Source: an uncultured Rhodobacteraceae bacterium (GTDB lineage Bacteria > Pseudomonadota > Alphaproteobacteria > Rhodobacterales > Rhodobacteraceae). From it: DNA of 64,000 nucleotides. Each line of letters starts with the position of its first letter. The first letter of the stretch is position 1. Positions 38,688-49,686 of this stretch are shown in pieces. A program made the position numbers and the translations under genes. The DNA lies in contig CANMMF010000007.1 of NCBI GenBank assembly GCA_947498985.1, positions 192,686-256,685 of the forward strand, in the 5' to 3' direction. The notes beneath the pieces are model-generated. The model saw only the letters and a program-made list of their open reading frames with translations. It did no database searches and had not been told where the DNA came from.

Positions 38688-39644
38688 TCAGCCTGCGAAA
38701 CGCGGCTCGGGCACACCGCGAATGCCCAATCCGCGAATGCGAAACAGGCTCCCGGCTGAAAATTGCGGTTTTGTCTGCCTGGCAAAGCCGTCATGCGCGG
38801 CAGGGTGAGCGACCCGGGCCATCGACGTGACATAGATGTCGTCCAGATCGGGGCCGCCGAACATCACCGAGGTAATGTTGCGTACCGGCATCGAGATCTT
38901 GCGCTCCACGCGGCCATCCGGGGCGTACCGGATCAGATCGCCCGAGATGACCTGCGCATTCCACAGATACCCTTCGGCATCCACGGTGGAGCCATCCGCA
39001 AATCCCGCATCATCCGCTGTCGACGCAAAGACCCGCTTGTTGGTGGGCAAGCCGGTGCTCAGATCATAGTCATAGGCCCAGATCTCGTCCTTGAAGGTAT
39101 CGGCGAAATAGAAGGTTGTGTCGTCCGGGCTCCAGCAGGGGCCGTTGGAACAGATGATGCCGTCTTCGATCTTGTGCAGGCTCAGATCCGGGTCGAGCCG
39201 CCACAACCCGCAAAGGCCCAGCTCTTCCCTGTCGTCCATGCCACCGGCGAAAAAGCGGCCATGACGGTCGCATTTGCCATCATTGAGCCGCGCCCGCGCG
39301 GGATCGTCATCCACGGAAGCGATCAGCTCTGTTGCGCCAGTGTCAAAGTCGAAGCTGTAGAAACCGTCGCTGAGCGCGAGCACGGCGCCGCCGCCCTTTC
39401 GGAGCGCCATAGCGCCCACATCCTTTGACAAGGGCCAGGATTTTACAGCGCCACTCTGCGGATCCAGCCGCCAGACCGCGTCCTTGCCGACGCGGGGTCC
39501 GGTGCTGTCGACCCAGTAGAGCAGCCCCGTCTCGACATCCCAGACCGGCCCTTCGCCCAGATGGTTCCCGCAATGGACCAGGCATTCTATGGTGAATTCC
39601 GCGTCCACATCCCGATCCTTGCTGACCTGAGCGACTCGGCTCAT
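38688..39644 (-). CDS. SMP-30/gluconolactonase/LRE-like family protein
   Basis: GEGPVWD, DGKCDRHGRFFAGG, NGPCWSPD and DGSTVDAEGYLWNA are beta-propeller lactonase motifs. Start trimmed to ATG 39644 because the first 9 codons of the track ORF are AT-rich promoter-like sequence. Confidence 0.85.
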   Translation of the reverse strand: MSRVAQVSKDRDVDAEFTIECLVHCGNHLGEGPVWDVETGLLYWVDSTGPRVGKDAVWRLDPQSGAVKSWPLSKDVGAMALRKGGGAVLALSDGFYSFDFDTGATELIASVDDDPARARLNDGKCDRHGRFFAGGMDDREELGLCGLWRLDPDLSLHKIEDGIICSNGPCWSPDDTTFYFADTFKDEIWAYDYDLSTGLPTNKRVFASTADDAGFADGSTVDAEGYLWNAQVISGDLIRYAPDGRVERKISMPVRNITSVMFGGPDLDDIYVTSMARVAHPAAHDGFARQTKPQFSAGSLFRIRGLGIRGVPEPRFAG

Positions 39645-39769
39645 GACATTGGTTAGCAAATTTTTATACAAACGTACAATTAAATAAAACGACCAGCACG
39701 CGAATTGCCCGCCAACCGCGTCCGGACCGGTCGCTTTTCAGGCGTCGAACACTCTCGGCTTTGCTGTGC

Positions 39770-40260
39770 CTTCAAGAGCGGCGCGACGTGCGGCCACCTC
39801 TCGGCATGATCACCCGGCGCAACCGCAGCACGGTCCCTCGCCGCGATCACATGCATGCCGGGCGTCTTCTGCGCGATGATCACTATGTTCGGCGACGCGT
39901 CGGGATCCGCCTGCCACGTCCTGATTGCAACCATTGGGCTGGGCGTCTTGTTGCGTTTCTCGCCCGTGACGTTGCCATTTCTGCAGTCGGGTGGCAGGCT
40001 TTTCCTGATCTGTCTGGCCTGGCGGGGACGGGCCGAACGCGCCGATGCACCGTCCCGTGCGCCCGCAACGAGAATGCTGACAGACTTTCTGGCAAGCGTC
40101 ACAAACCCGAAATCCATGGTGTTTTTCGCCGCCCTGTTTCCCGGTTTCGTGTCCTTGGAGCACGACATCCTTACCAGTCGCTGATCTGCGGCACGGTATT
40201 CGTCCTGCTCGATGCGGCCAACGTTCCGGGCGACGCGCTGCTTGCCATGCATGCGTGCCG
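39770..40260 (+). pseudogene. LysE/RhtB-family amino-acid exporter pseudogene (frameshifted)
   Basis: LysE-like text is split over at least 2-3 frames (..SPGATAARSLAAITCMPG.., ATIGLGVLLRFSPVTLPFLQSGGRLFLICLAW, TNPKSMVFFAALFPGF, then ..LICGTVFVLLDAANVPGDALLA in another frame). No intact 200-aa ORF exists. Confidence 0.55.
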
Positions 40261-40315
40261 GAACGTGACCTCACCCGGGCTGCATCAGAGATCATCAAAC
40301 CGTGGACGCGATCAC

Positions 40316-41263
40316 CTACCGCCACAACCGGTCCGATTGTTGCTTCGCGATGCGGCGGGACAGGGATTCGAACTGAGCGACGACAAATGACCGGAACCGG
40401 CGCAGCGCCGGGATCTCGTCCCTTGCGCGCGCGACCAGAACACCCAGGGCGCGGTCCGGGTGGCCGATCTCGAGCGACAGCGCCGTGATCGCGACTTTCT
40501 CGCGCATCATGAACACCACCGAATAGGGCAGGACCGTCAGACTGTCGGAGCCCGACAACACCTCGATCACTGACGCGAGCGAGCCGCCGGAAAAGCTGAT
40601 CCGGAAATCCTCCGCGCCGATATTCGTCAGCGCCCGCCGGAGATCCTGGTAAAGCGGGCTGTCAGCGGGGGGGGCAATCCAGCTGTAGCGGGCGATCTCG
40701 TCCGGGGTGACAAGCTTCTTGCGCGTCAGCGGATGCCCGGTCCGGCAGGCAATCACGTTCAGACCGGGCAGGATCGGCTGAAACGCCAGATCCTCGGGCA
40801 CGGTCTCCTGCTGCAACGGCAGAATGACCATGTCGATGGTGCCGTTGCGCAGTTTGCCGGTGAGCTCCGCGGCATAGCCGTAGGATTGATCGACCCGCAC
40901 ATCCGGCATCTGCTGCTGGAACATCGCGATCATCGCCGAGATGACGCCATCCATGAAGATCGGCGTGCCGCCCACCCGCACCAACCCGGCATGGCCGGTC
41001 AGATAGCGGTCCACGATATCCGATGAGGCGCGGCTGGCCTTGAGCACCGCGCGCCCCTGATCGGCGAGCATTGCACCCAGCTCTGTCGGCTGCAACGGGC
41101 GGCGGCCGGGTTGGAAAAGCGGGGCGCCCACCCGTGTTTCCAGCTGAGACAGCGTGCGCGAGACCGAGGGCTGCGACTTGCCAAGCGCCTCCGCCCCTTC
41201 GGTCAGTCCGCCGTGATCGACGATGGCCGCCAGTATTTCGAGGTGACGTGGGTCCAGTTTCAT
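40316..41263 (-). CDS. LysR family transcriptional regulator
   Basis: N-terminal HTH LEILAAIVDHGGLTEGAEALGKSQPSVSRTLSQLE plus a LysR substrate-binding domain. Divergent from the maleylacetate reductase operon across an AT-rich 89-bp gap. Confidence 0.9.
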   Translation of the reverse strand: MKLDPRHLEILAAIVDHGGLTEGAEALGKSQPSVSRTLSQLETRVGAPLFQPGRRPLQPTELGAMLADQGRAVLKASRASSDIVDRYLTGHAGLVRVGGTPIFMDGVISAMIAMFQQQMPDVRVDQSYGYAAELTGKLRNGTIDMVILPLQQETVPEDLAFQPILPGLNVIACRTGHPLTRKKLVTPDEIARYSWIAPPADSPLYQDLRRALTNIGAEDFRISFSGGSLASVIEVLSGSDSLTVLPYSVVFMMREKVAITALSLEIGHPDRALGVLVARARDEIPALRRFRSFVVAQFESLSRRIAKQQSDRLWR

Positions 41264-41352
41264 AACTTCGAGATATATAATGTCACGCCAATTAGATCAA
41301 ATTCCAATAATTCGGATGGTATTAACGAAGTCCAAGGGACGAGGAGCGCGGC

Positions 41353-42435
41353 ATGTCATATTTTCAGCGGGAATTCGTGGCCACGAGCGCAGCGGTGCGT
41401 GTGCGCTTCGGTCCCGGTGTCCGTCACGAGGTCGCCGCCGAGCTTGACCGTCTGGGCGCTTCCCGCGCGCTTGTGCTCTCCACGCCGCAGCAGGCCGAAA
41501 CCGCGCTCGAATTTGCCGAGACCCTCGGGTCTCGTGCCGCGGGGGTGTTCTCGCGGGCGGCCATGCACACGCCGGTGGCGATCAGCGAAGAGGCCGCCGC
41601 CTATGCCCGCGAGATCGGGGCCGACAGCATGGTTGCGGTGGGGGGCGGGTCGACCACCGGGCTGGGCAAGGCGATTGCCTACCGCACGGATCTGCCGCAA
41701 ATCGTCATCCCGACCACTTATGCCGGGTCCGAGGCCACGCCGATCCTCGGCCAGACAGAGGACGGAAAAAAGACGACGCTGACCGATCCGAAGGTGCAGC
41801 CCGAAATTGTGCTCTACGATGCCGAACTGGTGGCGACGCTGCCCGTCGGCATGACGGTGACCAGCGCGCTGAACGCCATCGCCCATGCGGCCGAGGCGCT
41901 TTATGCGCGCGACCGGAATCCGGTATCGACCGCGCTTGCCATCGAGGGGATCAGGGCCTTTGCCGACGCGCTGCCCAGGGTGCGCGCCGCGCCGCAGGAC
42001 ATCGATGCGCGGGGCGAGACGCTGTACGGCGCCTGGCTCTGCGGCACCGTGCTGGGACAGGTCGGCATGGCGCTGCATCACAAGCTTTGCCACACGCTGG
42101 GCGGGTCCTTCGATCTGCCCCATGCGGAGACCCACGCGATCATCCTGCCGCATGCCATCGCCTTCAACGAGGCCGCGGTGCCCGAATTGCTGGCCCCTGT
42201 CGGCGCGGCTCTGGGCGGCGGGCCCGCAGGCGCCGCGCTGCACAGGTTTGCCACCGCCATGGGCGCGCCGCTGGCGCTGCGCGACCTCGGCATGGAAGAG
42301 GCCGATCTCGACCGCGCCGCAGAAATCGCCACGCAAAATGCCTACTGGAACCCGGCAGCCATCGACCGGGACGGCATCCGCACCCTGCTGGACGCCGCCT
42401 TTCACGGGCGCGCGCCGGGCAGCGACACCATCTAG
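41353..42435 (+). CDS. maleylacetate reductase (iron-containing alcohol dehydrogenase family)
   Basis: 360 aa with GGGSTTGLGKAIA, TTYAGSE and HHKLCHTLGGSFDLPHAETHAIILPH, typical of maleylacetate reductases. Confidence 0.85.
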   Translation: MSYFQREFVATSAAVRVRFGPGVRHEVAAELDRLGASRALVLSTPQQAETALEFAETLGSRAAGVFSRAAMHTPVAISEEAAAYAREIGADSMVAVGGGSTTGLGKAIAYRTDLPQIVIPTTYAGSEATPILGQTEDGKKTTLTDPKVQPEIVLYDAELVATLPVGMTVTSALNAIAHAAEALYARDRNPVSTALAIEGIRAFADALPRVRAAPQDIDARGETLYGAWLCGTVLGQVGMALHHKLCHTLGGSFDLPHAETHAIILPHAIAFNEAAVPELLAPVGAALGGGPAGAALHRFATAMGAPLALRDLGMEEADLDRAAEIATQNAYWNPAAIDRDGIRTLLDAAFHGRAPGSDTI

Positions 42436-42446
42436 GGAGGACGATC

Positions 42447-43724
42447 ATGTTCACACGCCGCCGATTGCTCAAATCCACAGCCGCCGCCGGGCTCGCCGCC
42501 ACCGCAGGTGGTCTTGCCGCGCCCGCACTGGCGCAGGGCGCGCGGATCAAACTGGGCTATGTCACCCCGCAATCGGGGCCGCTCGCGGCCTTTGCGGAGG
42601 CCGACGGCTTTATCCTCGACGGGTTTGCCGCCACCGATGCGGGGGCCAATTTCGAGGTCATCGTCAAGGACAGCCAGTCCAACCCGAACCGCGCGGCGGA
42701 AGTGGCGCAGGAACTCATTGTCGACGACGGCGTCGATCTGATGCTGGTGGCCTCGACACCCGAGACCACGAACCCGGTCACCACCACCTGCGAGAACGAG
42801 GAGGTGCCCTGCATCTCGACCGTCGCCCCGTGGCAGCCCTGGTTCATCGGCCAGCAGGGCAATCCCGGCGATCCCGGAAGCTGGGAGCCGTTCTACTACG
42901 CCTATCACTTCTTCTGGGGGCTGGAGGACGTGATCTCGGTCTTCACCGACATGTGGGCACAGCTCGAGACCAATAAATCGGTGGGCGCGCTTTTTCCCAA
43001 TGATGGCGACGGCAACGCCTGGGGTGATCCCAATGTCGGCTTTCCGCCGGTTCTGGCGGATCAGGGCTATACGCTCACCGATCCGGGCCGATACCAGAAC
43101 CTGACCGACGATTTCAGCGCGCAGATCAACGCCTTCAAGGCGGCCAATGCCGAGATTGTCACCGGCGTCGTCATCCCGCCCGATTTCACCACCTTCTGGA
43201 CGCAGGCCAAGCAGCAGGGTTTCACGCCCAAGGCGGCCTCGATCGGCAAGGCGATCCTGTTCCCGCAGGCGGTCGAATCGCTGGGGGCCGCGGGTCACAA
43301 CCTCTCGTCCGAGGTCTGGTGGTCGCCGTCGCATCCCTTTGCATCGTCGCTGAACGGGAACAGCGCCGGGGATCTGGCGGCGGGGTTCACCGCCGCCACC
43401 GGTCGCCAGTGGACCCAGCCCATCGGCTTTGTGCACGCGCTCTTCGAGGTCGCGGCAGATGCGATGTCGCGGGTCAGCGACAGCGGCGATCCGGACGCGG
43501 TGTCCGAGGCCATCGCGGCCACGAAACTGAACACAATCGTCGGACCGCTGGCATGGGACGGCGCCGGTCTGCCGCCTTTTGCCGCGCGCAACGTCGCCAA
43601 GACCCCGCTTGTCGGCGGGCAATGGCGGCTGCGCGATGACGGCGGCTACGATCTTGTTGTCGTCGACAACACAACCGCGCCCGACGTGCCGACCGGCGGT
43701 GTCATGGAAGAAATCACCGCCTGA
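42447..43724 (+). CDS. ABC transporter substrate-binding protein (branched-chain amino acid/Liv type, Tat signal)
   Basis: ATG 42447 (GGGAGG upstream). MFTRRRLLKSTAAAGLAATAGGLAAPALAQG. Type I PBP text. Confidence 0.85.
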   Translation: MFTRRRLLKSTAAAGLAATAGGLAAPALAQGARIKLGYVTPQSGPLAAFAEADGFILDGFAATDAGANFEVIVKDSQSNPNRAAEVAQELIVDDGVDLMLVASTPETTNPVTTTCENEEVPCISTVAPWQPWFIGQQGNPGDPGSWEPFYYAYHFFWGLEDVISVFTDMWAQLETNKSVGALFPNDGDGNAWGDPNVGFPPVLADQGYTLTDPGRYQNLTDDFSAQINAFKAANAEIVTGVVIPPDFTTFWTQAKQQGFTPKAASIGKAILFPQAVESLGAAGHNLSSEVWWSPSHPFASSLNGNSAGDLAAGFTAATGRQWTQPIGFVHALFEVAADAMSRVSDSGDPDAVSEAIAATKLNTIVGPLAWDGAGLPPFAARNVAKTPLVGGQWRLRDDGGYDLVVVDNTTAPDVPTGGVMEEITA

Positions 43725-43732
43725 TCCCACAA

Positions 43733-43756
43733 GGGGCGGGCCTCGCGCACCGCCCC
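43733..43756 (+). other. GC-rich inverted repeat just after the binding-protein gene
   Basis: GGGGCGG-N10-CCGCCCC, 9 nt after the stop. No U-tract, so it is more likely an intra-operon mRNA-stabilising hairpin than a terminator. Confidence 0.35.
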
Positions 43757-43834
43757 GTCCCGGCCTGTATTGAACACTGAGCCATGTGCCCTGAGCCCTG
43801 AGCCTTTTGCCTCGCGCCACCTGACGGAGCCCCT

Positions 43835-44553
43835 ATGTCCATCCTGTCACTCGATAACGTCTCCAAAAGCTTCGGTGCCCTGAAGGTCACCGACGCTGTG
43901 AGCTTTGACGTGCCGCAGGGGCAGGCGCTTGGAATTATCGGCCCAAACGGCGCGGGCAAATCCACGCTTTTCAACCTGATCACCGGCAATCTTGTGTCGG
44001 ATGAAGGGCGGATCGACTTCGACGGGCAGGACGTCACGCGTGTGCCTGCAATGAAACGGGTGGCAGCAGGGGTCGGCAGGTCGTTCCAGATCCCCCAGCC
44101 CTTCGAGAAACTCACCGTCTTCGAGAACCTGCTTGTCGCCGCCACCCATGGCCGCGCGGCCTCCGAGGCGGAGGTGCTGGAGCCCTGCGCCGATGTGCTG
44201 CGCCGCACCGGCCTTCTGCCAAAGGCCAACAGCCCGGCGGGCACCCTGTCGCTGCTGGAGCGCAAGCGGCTCGAACTTGCCCGCGCCATGGCAACCGGCC
44301 CCAAGCTTCTGCTGCTCGACGAGATCGCGGGCGGGCTGACCGAAGCCGAGTGCCGCTCGCTCGTGCAGACCATCCGCGACATCCATGCCGAGGGTGTGAC
44401 GATCATCTGGATCGAACATGTGCTGCACGCCCTGAATGCGGTGGTCGAGCGGCTTCTGGTGCTGGATTTCGGCCGGGTGATCGGCATCGGCGATCCGAAA
44501 GAGATCATGGACAGCCGCGAAGTGCGCGAGATTTATCTGGGGATCGAGGTCTG

Positions 44554-44554
<1 letters not shown>
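43835..44554 (+). CDS. ABC transporter ATP-binding protein (LivG-like)
   Basis: Walker A GPNGAGKST, LSLLERKRLELARA, Walker B LLLDE. Confidence 0.9.
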
Positions 44555-45344
<790 letters not shown>

Positions 45345-45348
<4 letters not shown>

Positions 45349-46205
45349 TCTGGCTCGACACGATTCTGCAAGGGGTGCTTCTGGGCGGGCTCTATGCGCT
45401 CTTCGCCGCCGGTCTGAGCCTTGTTTTCGGCATCATGCGGCTGGTGAACCTCGCCCATGGCGATCTGATCGTCTTTGGCGCCTATATGATCCTGATCGTG
45501 GTGTCGGTGCTGGGGCTGCATCCGTTTCTGGCCGCGCTTGTCGCCGCGCCGGTGATGTTCGTATTCGGCTGGGTTTTGCAGAAGGCGGTGCTGAACCGGA
45601 CGCTGGGCGACGATATCCTGCCGCCGCTTCTGGTCACCTTTGGTCTGTCCATCGTCCTCCAGAACGGGCTGCTGGAAGGCTTCTCCGCCGACAGTCAGCG
45701 CATTTCGATGGGCGCGCTGGAGACCGCGTCGGTCTCGGTGGGGCCGATCAGCGCGGGCGTGCTGCCGCTGATGACATTTGCGTCGGCGATCCTTGTGATT
45801 GTCGCGCTGAACCAGCTCTTCTATCGCACCGCCATCGGGCGCGCCTTCCGCGCCACGTCCGACGACCCCGTGACCGCCAGCCTGATGGGCATCCGGCCCG
45901 ACCGGGTCTTTGCCACCGCCACCGCGATTGCCATGCTGGTGGTCACCATCGCCGCGCTCTACCTCGGCACACGGGCCAATTTTGATCCGAATGTCGGCCC
46001 CGCGCGCCTGATCTACGCTTTTGAGGCGGTGATCATCGGTGGTCTCGGCAGCCTCTGGGGCACGCTGGCGGGGGGCATCATCATCGGTGTCGCGCAGACG
46101 CTTGGCGCCGCGATCAACCCCGAATGGCAGATTCTCGCGGGGCATGTCGCCTTCCTGCTGGTGCTGCTGATCCGCCCGCGCGGCCTGTTTCCGAGGGGGC
46201 ACTGA
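45345..46205 (+). CDS. branched-chain amino acid ABC permease (LivH-like)
   Basis: 286-aa polytopic protein with LivH-type text (LVNLAHGDLIVFGAY). Confidence 0.88.
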
Positions 46206-46208
46206 GCC

Positions 46209-47270
46209 ATGGCCATGACCTATTCCGTCACCACCCGCACCGGCGCGTCCTCCATCGCGATGATCGCCTCGCTGATCCTGGTGGTGGTGCTTGTCGCAGC
46301 ACCCGCCTTTGCCTCGCGCGGGCTGATCCAGGATCTCTTTTTCATCCTGACGATGCTGACGCTGGCGCAGTTCTGGAACCTGTTGGCAGGTTATGGCGGG
46401 CTGGTGTCTGTCGGTCAGCAGGCCTTTGTCGGCATCGGCGCCTATGCGCTTTACGGCGCGGTCATTCTGGGTGGCGCGGATCCGGTGCTGTCGATCCTGC
46501 TCGCAGGCCTCGCCGCGCTGGTGCTGGCGGTGCCCACGGCCTATTTCGCGTTCCGCCTGCAGGGCGCCTATTTCGCAATCGGCACCTGGGTCATTGCCGA
46601 GGTCGCCCGGCTGTCGGTCGCGCAGTGGCAAGCCGTCGGTGGCGGCACCGGCACCTCGCTGCCGCGCAGCGCATTGCGCGAAATCGGCGCGGTCAACTGG
46701 ATCGAGACCGCCTTCGATGTGCGCGCCAGTGCAGCCCGCGATATCCTGACCTACTGGCTGGCCCTGATCCTCGCCGTGGCCACCATCGCCGGGATCTACT
46801 GGCTCTTGCGCAGCAAAGCGGGGCTGGCTCTGGCGGCGGTGCGCGACAACACCGAAGCCGCGCGGTCGGTCGGGGTCGATGCCGGGCGCATGAAATGGGT
46901 GGTCTTTCTGACCTCCGCCTTCGGGACCGGCCTGGCGGGCGGGCTGATCTACCTGCAAAAGGCGCGGATCTCGCCCGATGCCGCCTTCAGCGTCACCGAC
47001 TGGACGGCCTATGTGATCTTCATCGTCGTGATCGGTGGCATCGGCACCATCGAAGGGCCGATCCTTGGCGTGCTGGTCTTCTTTGCGCTGCAAAGCCTCC
47101 TGGCCGACTACGGCAGCTGGTACCTGATGGTTCTTGGGCTGATCGGCATCGCCGTGATGCTCTTTGCGCCACGCGGCCTCTGGGGCCTGATTTCCGAACG
47201 CACCGGCATTCAACTGTTCCCTGTCAGACGGCGCCTTGTCGGCGGCGCGCTCACTCAAGAGGAGACCTGA
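46209..47270 (+). CDS. branched-chain amino acid ABC permease (LivM-like)
   Basis: 353-aa polytopic protein with LivM-type text (NLLAGYGGLVSVGQQAFVGIGAY). Confidence 0.88.
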   Translation: MAMTYSVTTRTGASSIAMIASLILVVVLVAAPAFASRGLIQDLFFILTMLTLAQFWNLLAGYGGLVSVGQQAFVGIGAYALYGAVILGGADPVLSILLAGLAALVLAVPTAYFAFRLQGAYFAIGTWVIAEVARLSVAQWQAVGGGTGTSLPRSALREIGAVNWIETAFDVRASAARDILTYWLALILAVATIAGIYWLLRSKAGLALAAVRDNTEAARSVGVDAGRMKWVVFLTSAFGTGLAGGLIYLQKARISPDAAFSVTDWTAYVIFIVVIGGIGTIEGPILGVLVFFALQSLLADYGSWYLMVLGLIGIAVMLFAPRGLWGLISERTGIQLFPVRRRLVGGALTQEET

Positions 47271-47273
47271 GAT

Positions 47274-47876
47274 ATGGCATCACATATTCGGTTATTCACC
47301 GCAGCCCTTGCCACCGCGCTGGCCCTGTCCGGCCCGGTTGCCGCCGGCGGCCATGGCGGGCTTCCGGGCCTGCGCGGCATGGATCATGTGGGCTTCACCG
47401 TGCCCGATCTGGGTGAGGCGGTGACGTTTTTCCGCGATGTGCTGGGCTGTGCGGAATTCTACCCGCTCGGGCCGTTTTCCGGCGGCGAGTCGACCTGGAT
47501 GCAGGACCACCTGAACGTCGATCCCGAAGCCACCATTCCCGAAATGCGGCTTATGCGCTGCGGCAATGGCGCGAACCTGGAGATCTTTGCCTACACCGCA
47601 CCCGACCAGCAGGCCACGCCGCCGCGCAATTCAGACATCGGCGGGCATCACCTGGCCTTCTATGTCGACGATATGACCGCCGCCGTGGCCCATCTCGAGG
47701 ACAGGGGCGTCGCTGTCTTGGGGGCGCCCACGACGATGTCTGACGGGCCAAGCGCGGGCGAGACCTGGGTCTACTTCCTCGCCCCCTGGGGCCTGCAGCT
47801 TGAACTGGTCAGCTATCCGGACGGCAAGGCCTACGAGGCCGATTTCGACGGCCGGCTCTGGGATCCCCGATCCTGA
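47274..47876 (+). CDS. VOC (glyoxalase/bleomycin resistance/dioxygenase) family protein with a signal-peptide-like N-terminus
   Basis: MDHVGFTVPDLGEAVTFFRDVLG and GGHHLAFYVDD are VOC motifs. The first 25 aa, MASHIRLFTAALATALALSGPVAAG, look like a Sec signal. An alternative start is the internal Met (MDHVGF). Confidence 0.75.
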   Translation: MASHIRLFTAALATALALSGPVAAGGHGGLPGLRGMDHVGFTVPDLGEAVTFFRDVLGCAEFYPLGPFSGGESTWMQDHLNVDPEATIPEMRLMRCGNGANLEIFAYTAPDQQATPPRNSDIGGHHLAFYVDDMTAAVAHLEDRGVAVLGAPTTMSDGPSAGETWVYFLAPWGLQLELVSYPDGKAYEADFDGRLWDPRS

Positions 47877-47918
47877 CCGCACGCGACGCGATGAAACGCC
47901 CAAGAAGGAGCGGCCGAT

Positions 47919-49676
47919 ATGGCACAGATTGAAACAGACGTCCTGATCATCGGGACCGGGCCTGCCGGTTCGGCCACCGCAGCGCTGCTGTCGAGCTACG
48001 GCATCGCGAACATGGCGGTCAACCGCTACCGCTGGCTGGCGAACACGCCGCGGGCCCACATCACCAACCAGCGCACCATGGAGGTGCTGCGCGATCTCGG
48101 GCAGGACGTCGAGGACGAAGCGTATCTCTTTGCCGCGCATCAGGATCTGATGGGTGAGAACGTCTTTTGCGAAAGCCTCGCGGGCGAGGAAATCGGGCGG
48201 ATGAAAAGCTGGGGCAATCACCCGCTGTCGAAGGCCGAACATCTGCTTTCCAGCCCGACGATGATGAACGACCTGCCACAGACCTTCATGGAGCCGCTGC
48301 TGTTCAAGACCGCCTGTTCGCGCGGCACGCAGGCCCGGCTGTCGACGGAATACCTGAGCCACGAACAGGATGCCGAGGGGGTCACGACCACCTGCCGCGA
48401 CCGGCTGTCGGGTGAGGAGGTCACGATCCGCTCCAAATACCTTGTGGGTGCCGATGGCGGTAACTCACTGGTGGCGCAGCACATCGACACGCCGTTCGAA
48501 GGGCAGATGGGGGTTGGCGGGTCGATGAACATCGTGTTCCGCGCCGACCTTTCCAAATACGTCGCCCACCGGCCCAGCGTGCTTTACTGGGTGATGCAGC
48601 CTGGCTCCAACGTGGGCGGGATCGGCATGGGGCTGGTGCGGATGGTGCGCCCCTGGAACGAATGGCTGATCGTCTGGGGCTACGACATCAGCGCGCCCGC
48701 GCCCGAAGTGGACGAGGCGATGGCGACGCAGGTTGCGCGCCAGCTTGTCGGCGATCCGGAGCTCGAGATCGAGCTGCTCAGCGCCAACACCTGGACCGTC
48801 AACAACATGTACGCCACGCATATGCAAAGGGACCGCGTCTTTATCATGGGCGACGCCGCGCACCGGCATCCGCCGTCGAACGGGCTGGGCTCCAACACCT
48901 CTATCCAGGACAGCTTCAACCTCGCCTGGAAGCTTGCGGCGGTCCTCAAGGGGCAGGCCGGGACCGCCTTGCTCGACACCTACAGCGCCGAGCGCGCGCC
49001 GGTCGCCAAGCAGATCGTGACCCGCGCCAACCAGTCGATCGGGGAGTTCGGGCCGATCTTCGAGTCGCTCGGCATGGCCGAAGGGGTCGACCCCGAAGTG
49101 ATGCAGGAAAACCTCGAAGCGCGCTGCAACGCGACCCCGGACGCCGAGCAGCAGCGCGCCGCGATCCGCGACGCCATCGCCTTCAAGAAATACGAATTCG
49201 ATGCCCATGGCGTCGAGATGAACCAGCGCTATCGCTCCGACGCGATTGAGACCGACGGGCAGATCGAGCCGGCTTTCGAGATGGATGCCGAATTGCATTA
49301 CCAGCCCACCACCTGGCCCGGCGCGCGGATCCCGCATGTCTGGCTTTTCGACCACAAGACCGGCGACAGGCATTCGACGCTGGATCTTTGCGGCAAGGGC
49401 GATTTCACGCTTTTCACCGGCATTGGCGGCGAAGGGTGGGAGACGGCGGCAAAGACGGTCAGCGCCGAAATGGGGTTGCCGATCAATGTGCGTCTCATCG
49501 GGCCACGCCGCGCCATCGAGGATCTGACCGGCGACTGGGCGCGCGCCCGCGAGATCTCGGATTCGGGCTGCATTCTGGTGCGCCCGGACCAGCATGTCGC
49601 CTGGCGCATCGAAGACCTCTCGGCCGATCCGACACGCGACCTGCGCCGCGTCCTCGGATCGATCCTCGCCAGATAA
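47919..49676 (+). CDS. FAD-dependent aromatic-ring monooxygenase (phenol/resorcinol/2,4-dichlorophenol hydroxylase type)
   Basis: DVLIIGTGPAGSATA (GxGxxG), GADGGNSLV, MGDAAHRHPPSNGLGSNTSIQD. 585 aa with a C-terminal thioredoxin-like domain, typical of the PheA/TfdB group. Confidence 0.85.
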   Translation: MAQIETDVLIIGTGPAGSATAALLSSYGIANMAVNRYRWLANTPRAHITNQRTMEVLRDLGQDVEDEAYLFAAHQDLMGENVFCESLAGEEIGRMKSWGNHPLSKAEHLLSSPTMMNDLPQTFMEPLLFKTACSRGTQARLSTEYLSHEQDAEGVTTTCRDRLSGEEVTIRSKYLVGADGGNSLVAQHIDTPFEGQMGVGGSMNIVFRADLSKYVAHRPSVLYWVMQPGSNVGGIGMGLVRMVRPWNEWLIVWGYDISAPAPEVDEAMATQVARQLVGDPELEIELLSANTWTVNNMYATHMQRDRVFIMGDAAHRHPPSNGLGSNTSIQDSFNLAWKLAAVLKGQAGTALLDTYSAERAPVAKQIVTRANQSIGEFGPIFESLGMAEGVDPEVMQENLEARCNATPDAEQQRAAIRDAIAFKKYEFDAHGVEMNQRYRSDAIETDGQIEPAFEMDAELHYQPTTWPGARIPHVWLFDHKTGDRHSTLDLCGKGDFTLFTGIGGEGWETAAKTVSAEMGLPINVRLIGPRRAIEDLTGDWARAREISDSGCILVRPDQHVAWRIEDLSADPTRDLRRVLGSILAR

Positions 49677-49686
49677 GGAGTTGAAG

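Noticed and set aside
39645-39700. AT-rich 50-bp block (..TTTATTTAATTGTACGTTTGTATAAAAATTTGCTAACC..) at the head of the SMP-30/Mo-hydroxylase operon, considered as coding (track ORF start at 39671) or as a TetR operator.
   Set aside because: The codon composition is non-coding-like, so I moved the start to 39644. It is probably the operon promoter, but I could not define a convincing palindrome or -35/-10 pair, so no regulatory feature is called.
43788-43804. Short tandem heptamer GCCCTGA GCCCTGA GCC between the binding-protein and ATPase genes.
   Set aside because: Only about 2.4 copies. This is neither a CRISPR array nor a meaningful microsatellite, and is probably incidental.
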